From: Craspedostauros australis
Taxonomy: Eukaryota
Reading direction: 5' to 3'
Assembly: GCA_030167865.1 (NCBI GenBank)
Contig: JALAGF010004746.1
Span: forward strand, 1 to 45,266
DNA: 45,266 nt
The notes under the pieces are model-generated. The model saw only the letters and a program-made list of their open reading frames with translations, made no database searches and had not been told where the DNA came from. Below, piece after piece: positions 41,062 through 45,266 of this stretch. The stretch's first letter is position 1, and every line of letters begins with the position of its first letter. The translations under genes were made by a program, and so were the position numbers.

Positions 41062-42474
41062 GATTGCCGCTGTTTGTTGCTATGCTTGCTTTCTTCGTTT
41101 GAAACGTGTGACTATTGGTGTTGGGGTTTGGTGTTGGCAGAGTACTCGTAGTCGTATGTGTGAGGATCCTTGTTGCTACAGGTGTCTCACTGCGACGACC
41201 CCCCAAGGCATGGATAAGATCCAGGTCAGCGAGTGGAATGAACAGTGCTTCTCTTCCCACAGATACGCACGAGGAAGTACAACGAAAGCAGCTGATTCAG
41301 CATCAAACACAACGCGAACAGAGGCAGAATTTGTGGATGACACCGAACACGATTCTTCAAACCGTCGCCAAAAAATGAGGCCATGACGTATGGATTCGTG
41401 ACGTCACGTTTGGGATTGAGATGAAGCCTCATTCCCGTTTTCTTCGTGGCTCATGGCATGATGAGTCGTGGGCAATCTATCCAGACTTGTCGATTTGGCC
41501 AGAACGAGAGAGCGTCCCATTTGAATCTCGGCGGAGACGGTGGATGTATCCCAAACCCTGTCTCTCCCATGTATTATATTATAATATATTATATAATACA
41601 CATGAGTTCAGGTGATCATCGTGCATCATCACAAGGTTGGGAGGAGAGTAGGCAAGGCAAGGGACGACACCGAAAAGCAAAGGGGGAGGCAACCTCCAGA
41701 AACGAAGATACGAATAGCGTACAACATTGATGATTGGACATGGGCGTCATCATCGGACTACTATAAGAGAGACTAAAAACCTAGGTTTTGCCATGGATAC
41801 CTGCCGGCACCTGTTTGTTCAAAGCAAGAGGAAAAGATGGTGTGCGCAGCTGAGGTGCGCAAAGTGTGCGGTGTATGCGATGTTACGATTGTAGCTTCGA
41901 GCATGCTGTTGACTCTGCAAGTCATTTGCCTTGCCTTGAACGTATGTAAGTGAAGAGTCTGGAGTATCAGTCCTCCATCGCACACGAGGGCTTGCTACCG
42001 CTACCGCTGCTGATGTTGAGTTTGATTGCAACGGCTGTGTTCGACATTCTCGCTCGGGCGCGGCTTGGTGGATGTGGCAACCTATGGGAATTCGTAATTT
42101 GCCACTGCGTCGCAAGAGTTGCCAGTGCGATGGCCGATGCTGCCAATGATTCATGATTGAATGGATGGATGGAAAAAGATGGCAGGATATGCATTTGTAC
42201 CGAGACCGATTGATCCAAGAAGTCGGCATGCATGTCTGCACGGTTTGTGTATGAAATCGAGGGTTGCACAAGTAGAGCAGAGTTGGTGGCTTCGGTCCCA
42301 TCGTGACGCTGTTGGAAGACAGCGGTGAAAGGGAGAGATCCGGTCGTCCGTTTATCCATACTCACACGTAGGCCCCTCGTACTGTCAGGTGCATCTCTAA
42401 ACATGGAGAGCACGTGCCTCATACAAATACGTACGAGTACGATGGCACGGTGCAATACTCGTAATTTGCGCATA

Positions 42475-42999
42475 TCATCTCATGTTGAAGCCCTCAACAA
42501 TGCTTGCCATATCCAGTTCGGTATTTGCAACATCCAATCCATGTAAGTTGCTTGACGCAAACAGAGCATCAGTCGGAATGCTGCCGTCAGCCCAGAGCCT
42601 CCCAAGCGTCGCGAATGCTGCTTCTTGCCGATCGAGAGTGCTCAATTCGTTCTTCCTGCTTTCGCCTTCGTCTGTCCCATCAGCGCTGTCAAGATCGAGA
42701 TCAAGTTCGTCCGGTGGGCATAGACATTGCTTCTTCTTTGGTTTGCTGGAGTCCCATTCGATGGACCGTCTGGTTTGTTGCCGAGTCGATTGTATCGTTG
42801 ATAATGGGGTTTCCTGCTTGTGTTCTTGCTGCTGCTGAACATTCTGGGGTGACATATCGGCTGCCCCAGTGTTGAATGTCGCTGTCGCTGTTGTCATGGG
42901 GGCACCGCCTTGGTATGCCTCCACCATCAGCGAACACTGCGACAGACATGCGAGGCAAGCAACTGCTCGTACTAGTACTGTCACCCACAGCGGCTTCAT
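42475..42999 (-). CDS. hypothetical secreted or plastid-targeted protein, 174 aa, possibly C-terminally truncated
   Basis: Signal-peptide-like MKPLWVTVLVRAVACLACLSQCSLMVEA|YQG with an aromatic +1 residue. A T/A/Q-rich linker follows, then DRQEAAFATLGRLWA. The 5' flank is CA-rich on this strand. Confidence 0.45.
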   Translation of the reverse strand: MKPLWVTVLVRAVACLACLSQCSLMVEAYQGGAPMTTATATFNTGAADMSPQNVQQQQEHKQETPLSTIQSTRQQTRRSIEWDSSKPKKKQCLCPPDELDLDLDSADGTDEGESRKNELSTLDRQEAAFATLGRLWADGSIPTDALFASSNLHGLDVANTELDMASIVEGFNMR

Positions 43000-43834
43000 T
43001 TGATCGATGAACATCTTGGAAGAGCAATCAAAGTTGTTGGTTGATGCTTTCAATAGCGAGCGTAATGCACATGTGCGTGTCTTGTGTTTGTGTTTGTGTG
43101 CGGGTTTGTGGTTGTGTGTGGGTTTGTGTGGGTTCGTGTATTTGCGATCTCGATGTTTCTCCCACTCTCTTTGGTTGTCACAGCTGCGGTGATCTATTTT
43201 TTCTGAGGAAATTCATTAAGACCCGGGTGAGTGAGTCGACCAACCTTTGGTAAAGTAGAGTGGCAATTTTGCTTCGATTTCAACACAACCAAGCATATAA
43301 ACCAACTCATTATAGTGTCTATAGCAACAGGAAAATTACCCAGAATCTTAAACTTTATGGTTTAAGTTTTATGGACCATCAAATATTTAGAGTCGTATGG
43401 GTCAAACGTAGCCTTCCACGATGTAGTTTCGTCGAAGGTTCTTTGGTGTTCCGAGTTAATAACGATTGGTGTGCATTCACGTTGGTGTCTCCAGCTTTTT
43501 CCTTCCTCCTCGTTCGTTTGGAACACGTTATACACCGTTAGCTGCTCCGGAATCGATTGACATTTTCCGCTTGTGGACATCACACACATCATCACATGCG
43601 CACGCACACATCGTCGCCACGCAGACACAAAACCCCGTCACATTTTTTGCTTCATTCCAAAGGTGCCTCCGCCAATGCGATGCTCATTGTATCTGTTGTG
43701 CTGCGGTTGTAGTATGAGTAGTGAGAGCACTAGTGACATTGGCGGTTGTTGTTCTCGCTGCTGCATCCAACACCTCTATTGGCATCACCTCCTCCACCCG
43801 CTTTCATTCAGCGTTCTACAGTGCCATTCATCGA

Positions 43835-43862
43835 TCAATCAATCAATCAATCAATCAATCAA
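43835..43862. repeat. (TCAA)7 microsatellite in 5' UTR
   Basis: Seen directly, 23 bp upstream of ATG 43886. Confidence 0.9.
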
Positions 43863-43885
43863 CGTCCTTTGCTACCATCAACACC

Positions 43886-45266
43886 ATGTCCTCCATCCCT
43901 GCCAAAGCAACAATCAAGGGCGAAAACCCATCTCCTCGTAAGAAGCCTCGTTCCTGTGCTGCCCCTCTCGATTCTCCTTTTGATTTGGATGGCAACTTGG
44001 CACCTACTCGTGAGCAGCTGTTGCCTGACAAGCTGTCTGCTGGATTGCAGAAGCCCACCAACATCACTCACGTGATCGAGGTGAAGTTGATGCTTCCAGT
44101 GGACAGCAACCTTGTTCCAACTTTGGCGCATGTCGATGCCGCCAACCTGCGCGTCGACGTGCGCCTGTCCAGTGCGGCTGGTGTCATTTTTGACACACCA
44201 ACGGTCACACTGCGTACAGTTGGACAAGGTGTCAGTGCTATCACAGTGGTAGACGTCAGCGTGAACGTGCCACCTCCTGTTGAGTCTCCTGCCAAACCAA
44301 CTACCCGCGCAAGCACTGCACGACACGCAAACACTGTCGCTGGAGGCGCTTCCGAGCAAGTTGATGTTGACAGCAACGACGACTACGTGGACGGCCGTGA
44401 TCGCAGGAAGAAGCGAACAGGCCGCAACAGAATCATCAAGAAAACGGTGAGAGGATGGCGTCGCGATGCGTTGGTCCGCGTTGCAGGATTGGTTAAGTCT
44501 GGGCTACCTCCAAAAGTGTTCGACTCCATGCCGAAGACGGGATTCACACTTGGTGGAAAACACAACAAGCAAGTCTGGTGCAACATCAAACGGCTGTGGG
44601 CGCCAATTGCTTCTGCGCTCTGGGATGTGTTGCTCCCAAAAGAAGCGACACCAACTGGCCAGATGCATGAGGTGGTGCAATTTGTCCGGGCAGGGCAAGC
44701 ATTTCCACCACTGATGCTTGCACCAAATTTGTACCGCATATGTGTTGGAGGGAGCAAACTGATGCACCTCTGCGCGAGAGCTGTTCTCGCAGAGTCTGCC
44801 TCTCCAACAGCATGCACAGATATTCTCACTGGGTACGCCAATGGATTGCCGGAGGAAGAACGCGTGCATGTACATAGAAATCGACAAACCATCACTAAAA
44901 GCCAACAGAAGACATTGCAGCGCTACTACGACATGTTGAGTGATGGGGAGACCATTCCGCCCAAAATTCTCCAATACCGTGTGACTGCGTGTGCTTTGTC
45001 TGGTGTGGTGTCGTTTCTCTGCACTACAACCACGTACAAGGCTGGCCTGTGCCACGCAGTGGAGTGGGAAGGAGTTGTATTCGAGAAAGTTCTGGTCTTT
45101 GATCGTGGAGGCAAAAGCATCAAGGCGCTATTCGACATGTACAAGACTACCACCACCAACCCAGTAGGCGAACCAGCATTCAAAGAGATGACGAAGCTAC
45201 TAACACGACGTGGCAAAGTGAACACAGGGCTGTCTTCCTTCGAAAGCCACTTTTTGTTGGCAATGC
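43886..45266 (+). CDS. partial ORF (>=460 aa, open at window end), possibly the N-terminal part of a Sola3-type transposase
   Basis: Manual translation from ATG 43886 (MSSIPAKATIKGENPSPRKKPR...) shows no stop up to 45266. It is absent from the ORF track because it is incomplete. It has NLS-like RKKPR and RRKKR, and ends ..GVVSFL..YKAG..VEWEGVVF..FDRGGKSIKALFDMY..VGEPAFKEMTKLLTRRGKVNTGLSSF. Confidence 0.65.
   Translation, partial: MSSIPAKATIKGENPSPRKKPRSCAAPLDSPFDLDGNLAPTREQLLPDKLSAGLQKPTNITHVIEVKLMLPVDSNLVPTLAHVDAANLRVDVRLSSAAGVIFDTPTVTLRTVGQGVSAITVVDVSVNVPPPVESPAKPTTRASTARHANTVAGGASEQVDVDSNDDYVDGRDRRKKRTGRNRIIKKTVRGWRRDALVRVAGLVKSGLPPKVFDSMPKTGFTLGGKHNKQVWCNIKRLWAPIASALWDVLLPKEATPTGQMHEVVQFVRAGQAFPPLMLAPNLYRICVGGSKLMHLCARAVLAESASPTACTDILTGYANGLPEEERVHVHRNRQTITKSQQKTLQRYYDMLSDGETIPPKILQYRVTACALSGVVSFLCTTTTYKAGLCHAVEWEGVVFEKVLVFDRGGKSIKALFDMYKTTTTNPVGEPAFKEMTKLLTRRGKVNTGLSSFESHFLLAM

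Larger units (their letters stand above)
43216..45266 (+). mobile_element. possible left part of a Sola3-like DNA transposon
   Basis: TTAA at 43216-43219 is followed by an abrupt AT-rich tract (~43250-43420), then the long intronless ORF at 43886. The right end and catalytic domain lie outside the window. Confidence 0.3.

Overview
Eukaryotic nuclear DNA, most likely from a diatom. This is inferred from a bipartite plastid presequence with an ASAFAP-type cleavage site, HSF and GARP-Myb factors, near-intronless compact genes and short microsatellites in the UTRs. About 16 loci are visible: an HSF transcription factor; Sde2 with an inserted SPRY domain; tepsin (AP-4 accessory protein, 2 exons); a GARP/SHAQKYF Myb; two inverted paralogues of a RING protein with a very long loop insertion; a 1020-aa protein with three tandem tropomodulin-type LRR domains; a Ser/Thr-rich orphan; a PT-repeat type I membrane protein; a plastid/thylakoid-lumen-targeted protein; a SAMHD1-like dNTPase; a UPF0390/DUF2462 protein; a doubly frameshifted carnitine acyltransferase ending in SKL; a patatin lipase; a short secreted or plastid protein; and an ORF missing from the ORF track that runs off the 3' end and may be a Sola3-like transposase. 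The most intriguing item is the triple-tropomodulin protein, a candidate actin pointed-end capper or nucleator outside animals. All family calls come from motif recognition by eye; no searches were run.
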